Part shown: in pieces, positions 1 to 11,612 of the stretch | Layout of the letters: each line of letters begins with the position of its first letter | Position numbering within the stretch: the first letter of the stretch is position 1 | Source: Setoptus koraiensis | Lineage: Eukaryota; Animalia; Arthropoda | NCBI GenBank assembly: GCA_048013815.1 | Contig: CM106586.1 | Location: 9,486,001-9,550,000, forward strand | Length of the DNA: 64,000 nucleotides | Direction of reading: 5' to 3' | The notes under the pieces: generated by a model | What the model was told of the DNA's origin: nothing | Database searches by the model: none | Seen by the model: only the letters and a program-made list of their open reading frames with translations | Made by a program: the position numbers and the translations under genes

Positions 1-3000
1 TTGTAGCGATGTCTATTGGCTGGCCGGCGAGCCATGAGCAACTGCAATCGGTTTGTAGCATTGGCAGCGGTGTGAGCAGTAGTAGGCGACAGGGGCAAAT
101 GATGCTGAACATAATGATGATGATAAGATCGCACGAACAGCAACAACAGCAGCACACACGCAACACTGGCGCAGTAGAGAGTTGAAATGGAATCGGCTGT
201 GAGAACGACAGCGCACAAGGGTTAAGGCCTAATATCAGGTCTAATTCTGTCTAAACTCGACCAACTCACCTGTGAGCACCTCTACCTGTTCTGGCCGCTC
301 TAGCTGCTGCGGCTGCGGCTGCCTCACCTGGTTTACCTGGTCTACCTGGTGTGCAGTGTCAGCCTGTGCGCAGCCTGCGTCTAGCTGCGCATGCACATGT
401 TACACTGTTGCTGTCGTTGTTGTTGTTGTCGTTGTTGTTGTTGTCGTTGTTGTTGTAGTCGAGCGCGCCGAACGGCAGCGCCAACAGCAGCAGCAACAAT
501 ACTTTCTTTACTTTTGAAATTAAATAATAATGATCGGGGCGCCGCCGCTGATGCTGGCGACGCCGCGGCGATACTCGGCCGGCAACGACAACAGCGACGC
601 CAACAGCAGCACCGAGGCTCGAGTCAGCAACAACGACAACAACAACAACAGCAACGACGACAGCGCCAGAGTCAGCGACGAGCGGCCCGCAGTAGGCAAG
701 CCGTACAGGTAAATGGCGTGCCATTACACACTCTATTAGCGAGCGCCAGGCGCTCGCAAGCTTCGTAAGAGCTGTTCGCTACAGCACACACAGGTAGACC
801 AAAGTGGGCACAGGTAGGCCAACTGGTGGCGCTGGCGCTGTTGCCACTGGCCGCCACGACAGGTGAGTGGCAGCGAGCGCAGTTTAGCGACTAGTAGACA
901 CTTGCTCTACTGCTTGCCGATGCATGCCTAGAAGCAGTTTGGCCGGACACTGGCGGCGAGCGAGCCTGCCAGCGATAGAGACTGTGCCCGAGAGACGCTC
1001 CGTCAGATATAGCCAGATATAGCCAGATATAGTTAGATATAGTGAGATGTAGTGAGATGTAGTGAGATGTGAGCGGGCATGAGCAGCCGAGATAAGAGGA
1101 GCTGTGAAGAGAGTGGGCATTAGCTTAATTGTACGACAGTTGGTGTTGATTGTGGAACAGGTTGTATACATTAATTAACAAACAAACCCCTTTGCATCCA
1201 TTAGTCGCTGTGCTATTATGTAACCATGGCTAGCACACCTTTGCGCCATACAACATAATGCTTATCCATGTGTACAAGTGGACTGGCCAACGAACCGCCG
1301 CTGTTCGACTGGCGCTGTGCGACGCCAGCCGAGCCAGTTGAGCCAGGGATAAATTTATCATTATCATGCCAGCGCAGCGCAACAACAACAGCTAACAAAC
1401 AGGCCAACAGGCGCAATGACGCAATGACGCAATGGCGCAATGGCGACCCGGCCAACTGGATAAATGGCGACCGCGATGCCGGCGCGGCAACAAGTTACAA
1501 AATGAAGTGAATCGAAGCCGCCAGCGCGTCTCTACGCAACATTGACTGGCAACGCGACTGGACGGATATTTGGACGACATTGTCGGCCTGGCTAAACTCA
1601 CGTAAACTCACCTAAGCTCATGCGTTGCATCGTGAGCCCAGGGGAGCCGAACGCCAGAAGCGGCCTGCAAACGTCGCCGTGGACAACGCGCCGGTGGCGC
1701 CGCTGAAACAATAACCTTCATTCTCCGCGTTGCGCAATGGCGCCTACTCTCCATGTTGCGTAATGTTGCGCAATGTTGCGCAATGGCGCCTAATGGGCGC
1801 GTTTGCATATTTGCTGCGCTCCGTCCGCCGGCGTGCTCACCTGACAGAGTTATGCAACAAGCGCGACAAGTGCACATTTGTCATGCCACCTGCAGCTTGT
1901 TTGCCGCTGTTGTTTGTTTGCTGTCGGCCAGGCTCGTGCTGGCGGTGGTTGCAGTTGTAGTTGCAGTTGTAGTTGCAGTGGTTGCAGTGGTGGCAGTGGT
2001 GGCGGTGGTGGCAGTGGTGGCGGTGGTTGCAGTGGCCGTGGCAGTTGGCAAGTGAGCGAGTGTTGACAAATCCGAGTTGTGCTCGCACACCGCGGCCAAC
2101 ACCGACGCGCGCTCACAACTTGCGGCTCACAAGGCGGCGCACTGTGCAACTTCACTCGACAGTCACCCGTTGGCCCGATTGCGCAACAGTCACCTGTCGG
2201 CTCAATGGCGCACCACTATTCAATTAGCGACAAATCAATTGTGCGCACTGCGCTCGATGATAACATCATCACGCATGATATCATCATCGTGTCGGGCCGC
2301 TCGTCCGACACTCCTTAGCGGTCAGCTGAGCGGCCAGCTGAGCGGCCGGCGGTCAAGTTCGGGCCGGCGCGCCGCCGTCGCCCACTTGACCGGCCGCCTG
2401 CCGACGAAGAAGCGGCCCGAGAAGTGTCTACTCCATAGAGTCCATTGGTCCCCTCCGCTGGCTCACCCATAGAATTGGCACAGAATTTCCGTAGGCTTGC
2501 CGTAGAATCGGCATAGAATCGCCGTAGAATTGGCAAAGAATTGGCACAAAATTGCCATGCAATCGGCACAGAATTGCGCCGGACAGCCTGTGGGCGACAG
2601 GCGAATGTCATTAGCTGACAATCGTGAATCGCCGGGAATCGGGAGTCGCCGTCGTGACAGCGCCTCGGCATCGTGTTAGCGCGTCGCGGCGGACGCCCAA
2701 TGACGCGGACGACGGGCTCGTTTGATTCATTTAATAATGATTATCTCTCGGCAACTTGTCACGTCCACACGCTTGCCAACTCATCGCCTCGCCGGGCGTC
2801 TTATCGCGTCGTCGCATCTAATCTCAGCCGGGCGAAGCTGCCCAATGGAGCAGCGAGCCGGCCGACGCAGCCCGACCGGCCGACCGTCAGCGAGTCGGCG
2901 ATCACTTTCGTTTCGTTCTCTCCCTCCGACTCGCTCGCTTCCTCGGCTTCTTCGCGGGCTTCCTCGGCTTCGCCGGCTTCTTCGCCTTTTCGGCTTCGCC

Positions 3001-3820
3001 GGCTTCGTCGACTTCATCAGCTTCGTCAGCCTTTCGGCTTCGTCGCCGGCGAGCTGCACAATGGCTCGCACAATGGCCGCCCAAACTCAGACTAACAGTG
3101 ACTTAGACCTTTTACGACTGATCGCGTATTCGCACACTGCCGTCGCCGCTGTTGTTGCCGTCGCCGCTGTTGTTGCTGTTGTCGTCGCTGTTGTTGTTGT
3201 CACTGTCGTTGCAGTTGCTGTTGTTGCTGTCGTTGCAGTTGTTGTTGGTGATGCTGTTGTTGCTGGTGTTGTTGGCATCTTGCAGCTGTCGGCCCTCTGG
3301 CGTGCGTGCCGGCGCTGAAGGCGCCATCACGGAAGCCGCTCTCATAGGGACAGAGCCGTCGCCCGCTCGCCCAGCAAACAAACAACAAAATGAGCGCAAA
3401 CAAGAACAAATGCTCGCCCAACTCACCTGTCGCGCCGCCAACTCTCCATTGAAACTCTGGCTCCGTCTCGCCGTTTCCTCTCATGTGGCGCGCATATTCT
3501 GTCGCACTTGTTGGCTCGCATTTATTCTGTCGCATTTATTTTGTCGGATTCTATTCTGTCGCGTTTATTCTGTCGCCTCTGCTCTCGCAGCCGGCTCACC
3601 TGTCACACACGCTGCTGCAATGAAACCGGCTGACCCGAGACAAACCACTCGCGACAGCTAACGCACAACGTATAGATGCACACAAGACGCAGGCTTCATA
3701 TTCATACGTGAACACATAAATATGTGACAAGAGTCTTGTCACAAGACACAAGATTGGACGAGGGCGCAACATATCAATTGCACTCGCCAACCCTCTCGCA
3801 ATGTGTGCAGATCCATGTAA

Positions 3821-3860
3821 ATACAGGTAAATACAGGTAAATACAGGTAAATACAGGTAA
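3821..3860 (+). repeat. Tandem array (ATACAGGTAA)x4
   Basis: Four exact 10-bp copies, preceded by a degenerate copy (atccatgtaa). Confidence 0.95.
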
Positions 3861-5515
3861 GGCCAGGCGACATGCGGTGGTTGTTGTTTGGCCTTTTTCG
3901 CGATTGTTTGTCGCAGTGTCACATTTTTACGTTTGTGAAACTTTTGGCCTAAAACAGTCTCAGTAAAACTCTCTGTTATCTCTGTGCGTCTCTCCGCGAC
4001 CTTTGCCACCCAAACGCTCGAGACACCCGACGGCGGCCATTGTGCCAATGTGTCCATTTGCATCTTTAGCGCATCCAAGCCACTTGTTGCTGTCCACTGT
4101 CCACTGTGCGTCTGTTGGCTCGCTCCGAGCGACTCACTCGTCCATTGTTGTTGTTGGCGCGCTTGTCGATGTTGCCGTTGTCTTCGTTGTTGTTGTTGTT
4201 GTTGTCGTCGTTGTTGTCGTTGTTTGTCCTTGTTGTCACCGTTGTTGTTGTGGCCGTCGGTGTTGTCCTCGTTGTCGCTGTTGTCGTTGTCACTGTGTCG
4301 TTGTCGCTGTCGCTGTTGTCGCTGTCGCTGTCGTTGTTGCCGTTGTCGTTGTTGTGTCATCGAGCGCGCAACAACCCTGCCTAGCTCACCAAGCTGTCAG
4401 CAATACGGGTATGCACATGTGCTCAAACAGGTACAGGCCTACCTGTGCGCGCCTACATTGTGCATGCCTGTGCACAGGTGAGCGCTTGCCGGGCCGTACG
4501 TTGGTGCCCACCGTTGTTAGCAACAGTAATAATAACGACGATGATGCAATGCGCACCAGGTTATAATCTCATTTATTACAGTTGGCGACACTTTATGTTT
4601 TATTGAACTGCTCTCAAGCCTGCGTTATATTCACCTGTTGCCTGTGTCGCCTAGCAACGGTGGTTCGGTGTGGCCCGGCAACTTGAGTGCAGCCAACTCG
4701 AGTCCGGCCCGGCCAGACCCTAGACCCGTGTGCTCACCTGTGCCAGCTACCTGTTGCGCATGGCTCACCGTTGGTCACTTCATCACGGCTTGTCGCTTGT
4801 CTGGCTAACGGGGGGCGCCAGTAGGCCGCTAGTTGTCGTGCGAAACTGTCCAAAACTGACCAAAACAGTCAACCAACTCACAACGTCAGACGGCATCGAG
4901 ACACGAAACGGCGGATAACTAGCGGACACGGTGAGCATATATGCTGATAAATATATTGTGAGTTTATTGAGTGTCTCGCGTCTCGACACTGTCAGACCAA
5001 CAGTGACTGTCAGAGCAACAGTGACTGTCACACTTGTGTCACAACTTGACCAATTAGCCGTTCCAATCGGCTGTTATATGATCTCGGGCCGGCACAATGA
5101 TGTCACAGCACAGCGAGCACAGGTCAGTTGGGCACATAATCAGTTGTTGGCACGGGTGATTTGTTTATTTATTTCGCTCATTTCGCACAAAAGGTGAGCG
5201 AGTTGAGCGATGAGTGTGACTCACACTGGGTGAGTTACATGAGTTGACTCAAATAAACGCGAGTCAACCGAAAACTCCCGAATGACATACTCACAAGTTG
5301 TCAGATACAATGTAGACACATTGTATCGACTCACCTGAGCGGCGCCATTCGCTGCCCAACAGCAACAAGGTGAGTCGCCGCTCATCAATGGTGTCGATTT
5401 GGTAGCCGAGGGCCATATACTGTTATTTAACTACTATTTGGGCACTAAACGCAACTGTCTAGACACCGTCTGGTGGCCGGGCGACACATCGGCCTCGCAA
5501 GAGTGCGGTTGTGTT

Positions 5516-5581
5516 GTTGTGCAGTTGTTGTGCAGTTGTTGTGCAGTTGTTGTGCAGTTGTTGTGCAGTTGTTGTGCAGTT
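5516..5581 (+). repeat. Tandem array (GTTGTGCAGTT)x6
   Basis: GCAG recurs at 5521, 5532, 5543, 5554, 5565 and 5576 (11-bp period). Confidence 0.95.
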
Positions 5582-6080
5582 GTTGGCAGGGGCGGACGAA
5601 TGCTTTTTAGTGCTTTGTTTGCATCGGCGCAGGCCGTTTCGTTCATACATAAATAAGCGAAAAGAAACACTGTCCCATATCTCACCCGAAAGTTTAGCCT
5701 GGCCAGCTCAGTGTTGGTCGTGGCTCTCGTTTGTTATTTATTGCCCTTCATACACTTGATACTCTCGCCCGACTCTCGCCCGTCCCACGATTCCGGCCCG
5801 ACTCTCGCCCGTCCGACGATTCCGGCCCGACGGTTTGCGGCCCGACGGTTTGCGGCTCGCCAATCGGCTCGCCGCGGAGCCGAGCGTCTCGCGGCGATCC
5901 CGTGATGCAGCGCAACAACTACAATTGCGTGATCCACGAATTATTAGTTGGTAGAATTATGAGTTGGTCGCGCCGCGAAAAGAAGGGCCCAAAACAAGAT
6001 GCAAACAATATCATCTCTACTGCGCATTGTGTGTCTTGTCTTGTGTGACTTATGGGCAACACTGTCGACTGCGAGAAGCT

Positions 6081-6120
6081 CAGGTGAGCTCAGGTGAGCT
6101 CAGGTGAGCTCGGGTGAGCG
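6081..6120 (+). repeat. Tandem array (CAGGTGAGCT)x3 plus one degenerate copy
   Basis: Three exact 10-bp copies followed by cgggtgagcg. Confidence 0.95.
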
Positions 6121-6313
6121 CAGCGAGGGATGCTAAAGGATTTGCAACAAGTTGTATTATGATAATTTATATTATTAGACTATCGCTGTTCGCCAGCCTG
6201 CCTAGACTAGATGAAACTATTTAACAACTGTCAGAATCAGCTGTTGCTGATTTATCGTTGACGCAAGCGCGCGCTACTTACTGTCAATTGTTAATTGCAG
6301 CCATCCGGCTATG

Positions 6314-6393
6314 GGCTCACTGGCTCGCCGGCTGGCTCACTGGCTCGCCGGCTGGCTCACTGGCTCGCCGGCTGGCTCACTGGCTCGCCGGCT
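6314..6393 (+). repeat. Tandem array (GGCTCACTGGCTCGCCGGCT)x4
   Basis: Four exact 20-bp copies. Confidence 0.95.
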
Positions 6394-7640
6394 GGCTGGC
6401 TGCTGCTGCCGCTGACAAGCCGCCGATAATCACGACTCGCGACCATATAATAGCTAATAATAAAGTTTGTTTGTCTATGCGCGTTTGCGTAGACGAATAT
6501 TCCTACTATTTCCACTATTTTGAGTGTATTCTGACTCACAATTTGCGAGCGTTGATACACACAGCCGGCAACGAGTGCGCCGCGCTCGCAAAAGAAGTTT
6601 CGCAAGTTGCGCCATTTTCGCAAATTTCGGCACTCTCGGCTTCGTCGGCTTCGTCGGCTTCGTCGGCATTCTCGGAATCTCGCAACTTTCGCGAGTGGCG
6701 TGCGGGTTGTGCGAGCTCGGCGCACAATGGCGGCCGCGCAAAACTCGCTCCGTCGAGCCGCCGAGCCATCAATTAACAGGTTGTTTGTGCGAGCGAGTGG
6801 GTTACGCGACGCCGACAAATAGACATATATCATGCTTTGCCGTGAGCTTGCCAAGAGTCGCAATGAATTTTGCGTTCGCATTAGGCTATCGCATTTGTTG
6901 CCGCTTGTTGCCATATGATATTGACAGATGACATACGCCAACCAGCCACAGCTGATCGATGGGCTGGCTGTCGCTGATGATGCCGCTGCTGTCAGGTTGC
7001 TGGCGCTGCTGTCAAGTTGCTGCTCGCAACAGTTGATCGGCGTTGATACTGGCGCTGATTAGCGCCAAATAGCGAGACTTGTCGACAGTTTGTCTTCTTT
7101 ATAGAGCCTCCTTTTATATATTTTTCCACAACAAACAATATTGGAAATGTTGTTGTTGTTGTTGTTGGTTGTTGTTGGTTGTTGTTGGTTGTTGTTGTTG
7201 CCGTTGTTGTTGCCGTTGTTGCTGCTGCTGTTGTTGTTGTTGTTATTGTTGACGGTTGTTATTGCCGGTTGTTGTTGGTGGTTGTAGCGAGAGATGATGG
7301 CAATTCTTTTATCTTTATTGCCGTCCCCCAAGACGCTCTCTCACGTATCGCCGGCAAGACATTTAGTTATCATCGTGGCGCCGCTAATGATTTCAGCCGG
7401 CTAGAACAACAACGACAACAACAGCATCAACTACAACAACTACATCGACTACAACAACAACATCCACTACAACAGCTACAACGGCTATAATTAGCGACGA
7501 TAAGCCGATATGTTAGCATTATTATTATTACCGTCGCCATTATTGCTGTTGCTATTATTGCTGCCATTACGGGCCGGCGCTGTTGTTCAGCCAGCTCACC
7601 TGTGCCAGCTCACCTGTGCCAGCGTTAGATAACGTGTAAG

Positions 7641-7642
7641 TG

Positions 7643-7674
<32 letters not shown>

Positions 7675-7686
7675 CGTGTGTGTGTG
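7641..7686 (+). repeat. (TG)n microsatellite with two CG interruptions
   Basis: Read directly from the sequence. Confidence 0.95.
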
Positions 7687-7833
7687 CCGGCCAGGTAGCG
7701 AGCAAATCACTTAACTAACCTATAGTCTCAGTTAATCATGTATCATTATTGCTATTATTATTATTATATTAATATCTCGGCATTAACGACGACTTGTTTT
7801 CAATCGAGTCACAGCCTGCGCACACAGTCACAG

Positions 7834-8323
7834 GCCGATCTCGTCGCGCCAACGGCAACCACCGCACCGACAACAACAACAACCACGCCAACAACTACAG
7901 TTAACAACAACCTGCAACCACTACCTGTGCAGTGTCACTTGTTAGCATACTTTTTAACTTTTTTTTTTACCTTTTTTATATAGCCAAAATGTACAATTTT
8001 AATATACAAATATTATTTGTATATTTACATTTATTATTATATTGCTAGCATATTAGACATACTATCGGGATATGAGGATGTGAGCGCGGTGAGCAACACG
8101 GCTGCCAAACTCGAGAAATGGTCGCTGCTAATTAGAGATTCGAGAAAGCCAACTCTACTCTATACTGCGCCATTAGCCATAGCGACTCCTCAAGGATGTT
8201 TCGCGATGATATCGACAACTTACGTAAGCTTGCATCATTATATCATTAAGCATTAATACATTAATATATTATTATATTACTATATTAATATATCATCGTA
8301 CTGATATATGACAGTGCCTATAG
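7834..8323 (+). other. Candidate unannotated spliced exons (Thr-rich segment followed by a 175-nt exon)
   Basis: Two AT-rich GT..AG segments of 108 nt (7941-8048) and 91 nt (8224-8314) resemble the short introns of the real genes here, and the reading frame stays open across them. No recognisable homology. Confidence 0.25.
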
Positions 8324-11300
8324 AGTCTGTGGTGCAGACACAAGCGAGCGTTACATCGCAACAAGTGTAGCCACACGTACCCGCCGACGAGCCGAAACTC
8401 GTTGTTGTTGTCATTACTGGTGCTGCCGTTGTTGCTGCCGTTGTTGCGAAGTCGCCAAGTTGCAAAGTTGCAAAGTTGGGCAACAACAACAACCACAGAC
8501 AATCAGATAATCAGAAAGTTTAGTTGTGTCAGTGGGAGTGTGAATCAACTATTTGATAGATCGTGGTGATTTGCATCAAATCACTGCCATTCGACTGTGA
8601 TTTAAATGTGAATTATCGTCGACTCACAAACAAATAGTACAACAAATAGCACAACAAATAGCACAACAAATAGCACAACAGCTTCCATTATTTTGTGCCA
8701 TCATTTTGTAATGTTTTTGTTGTAACATTTGCGGCTGCAAGTCACGTAACAGGTTGCTGTTGTTGTTGTTTTTGTTGTGTCGTCTCGTGTGTGTAACTTG
8801 TTGTTTTGTCTATCATTAATAGACTATTAACAAGCGGTGCTCATCATAGTCTCATCACTGTCCGTTTGTGCGTCTGTCCGTCAGCGCCAATGGACAGTGA
8901 TAATGGACATTTGAGTGGCAACAATGGACGCGATTTAATTAACGTCAACGTCTCACGGACACAATTATCACTGTATCTATATTTGGCTCTTTGGTTACAT
9001 AACACTCTTCGGTTGTAGCATGGCGCGGTGATATATGAGTTGGTGATATATGAGTCGTTCACTTCTACACCTCAGGCTCCATTGCACGTTGCGCCGCCTT
9101 GCCATACGGTATTGGTACGGTATTACATCAGCACCAGCACATTGGTGCGGCATTACGATACCATACGATTTGGTTTGGCCAATCATCACAATGACGACTC
9201 GCGTACGAGCACGTCCAGTTCAACAACGCCAAGCAATGTAAAATGTTGATGAAGTAAAGTAAATGTCATTATTACATTATACAATATTTTTGTATGCAAG
9301 TTGTATTTACATGCCCTTATTTACATATGATAATGAAATTGTGACATATGTTGGCCACCGAACGATTGTTTGGCTGATTGTGTGGCTAATTACGAATGTA
9401 TCTGTCACTCTGTCAGCTGACGATAAGTGAATCAGCAACATTTGATTGTCGGTGCCAATTGATAAATCAAATAAATCAAAAATCAAAATTGGCCTGACGA
9501 CAATCATCTGTGACAACGATTGTCAGCTTGCCAGCACAACATGACAATATGAATGGCACAAAATTGTTTGTTTGTATTGTGGCTGTCAGTAGATAAACAA
9601 GATCATTGTGAGACAGATCGTCGTTGATCACAAATTGACAGACAAATTGACAGATTAATAATTGTTAATAATTGTTAATAATTGTGAGCGGACGGCCAAT
9701 TCCTATGATTGGCTCTCTCGGTGCTCGAGCCATCAGACACCAACTATTTACAATTTGTTAGTCGGGCGTTGTCAGGCCACAAAATGAAATAATAATAATA
9801 ATAAAATTTACATAAGCCTCGTCGGGCCAATACGCGATTATATAACATTATGTGGCACATATATTCATATATTGATCATTTCATAATATAAATGAGCATT
9901 AATAACATGACACTCAACAAGACTAGACAAGCCAGACTGTGGCTGCCTGAAGACTCTTTACGGCGCACAGTGACATAGATAGGACACAAAGGAGTCAATG
10001 TGCGTTGTGATTGTCGCCCGTAGTTACGTAACAAAAAACAAATATCGCCAACAATATGATAAATCATATTATTGATTTATCATCGTATTAGTTTATTATT
10101 ACGTAACGTGACACGAAGACACACAGAGATAAAAAGCGACAAGAATGTTGTGTGACGCAAGCAGCGATTGTCTTTTGTTGTCAACGTGGATATATTTATA
10201 TTATCATCGCTCACTGATCCGCAATGCGCATAAGTTGCCATCGATTTTATATTTGTTAGCCGGTCTTGGCAGATGCAATCCTTTCATTATTACTATTTGC
10301 TTTCATTTGATTATGAAAATGAAAATTTGAAGCCGGCCTCTGTTCGTTAGTTAGAACGAAATGTCACATTCGTATTTATATTTTATCCGCGCTGCCGACG
10401 ACATGGCGCCGTGACGACACGACTGCACGGCGACCTGCGCATCCGACTAGAACAATATCAATCACTCACTATATTATATATATAAATCAATTTTTTATAT
10501 CAATCATCTAATTGCGCTCTATTAATCGTGGTTGACGTGATCTATGCGCTCACAAGTCAAGTTTGCTGGAGCGACGACATTCGGGCCACACGCATACCGC
10601 ACCGAGACAATTACACACATACGCAACAAACGCAACGACAGAGACAGAGAATATATAGAAATAATAATATTGTAAATAGTAGACATACAAGTAATAGAAT
10701 AGGTAATAATAATATTATAAATAACAGATATACAAGTAATAATATTGTAAATAGTAGATGTACAAGTAATAGGATAGGTAATAATATTAGTATCACGAAG
10801 TATGTAATGTTTCAGCATCGTGACGATAGCTCAAGTATTTCGTGACAGCTTCAAGTGGCTACTCGACCACCGTCGCGTATGAAATGACACGAAAATTTCG
10901 CAACAATTTGCTGCCATTTGCCATTGAAATAATTTCAATTTGCCATCAGTCGCCATAGTAACTGTTACGTCACGAGCGTGACATTGTTGCACTACTACAC
11001 ATTGATTATGTGGTACAACATTAATCAGTGTGATAAGCGATCGATGCTCAAATCACGGCGCCAGCCATGAGAGTTGTCGACGCGTCGCCGCGATCGAAGC
11101 TCCGGCCGAGCTTGACCGCAGCTTCCACGCCAGCGTCCGGCGTGCCGACGCGACACACCATTGGCGCAGCGTTGATGCCGTTACATAATTGTTGCAACAA
11201 TGTTTGCCCCAATTCGAGTGTGTGCCCCAAGTCGCACAGCCAGTGCCAGTGCGCAAGTGGCCGCAAGCCGCCGGAAATTGTCTGCAATATCGTGCAATTG

Positions 11301-11517
11301 TCCGCAATTGTCTCTGAAATTGTGCCCGAAATTATCTGACAGGCGAGCCAGCTGATTGGGGCGCCAGCTGATTGTTTCGCGTGTCAGTTGGCACGGTGAG
11401 GGCCAACTGTCACTTGTTGCGCCATTTAAAGACGAGACCAAGTGGCCAGTGGCATGAGTGGCCAGATCGAGCACTGACACAAGACGTGATTGTTGCTGTT
11501 TGTCGACACTGCCGCTC

Positions 11518-11612
11518 TGACAGTCAGCTGGCCCGACAGTCAGCTGGTCCGCCAATCGGCCGGTCTGACAGTCCGCGGCCCGACAGTCAGCTGGCCTGAC
11601 AGTCAGCTGGCC
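11518..11612 (+). repeat. 16-bp array YGACAGTCAGCTGGCC, four near-exact copies plus one degenerate
   Basis: Copies at 11518, 11534, 11581 and 11597; degenerate copy at 11566. Confidence 0.9.

Noticed and set aside
250-8760. Zelda (CAGGTAG) early-zygotic enhancer interpretation
   Set aside because: CAGGTG and CAGGTAA variants are as common as CAGGTAG, which fits Snail/ZEB-type sites better, and a Zelda ortholog cannot be assumed in this unidentified taxon.
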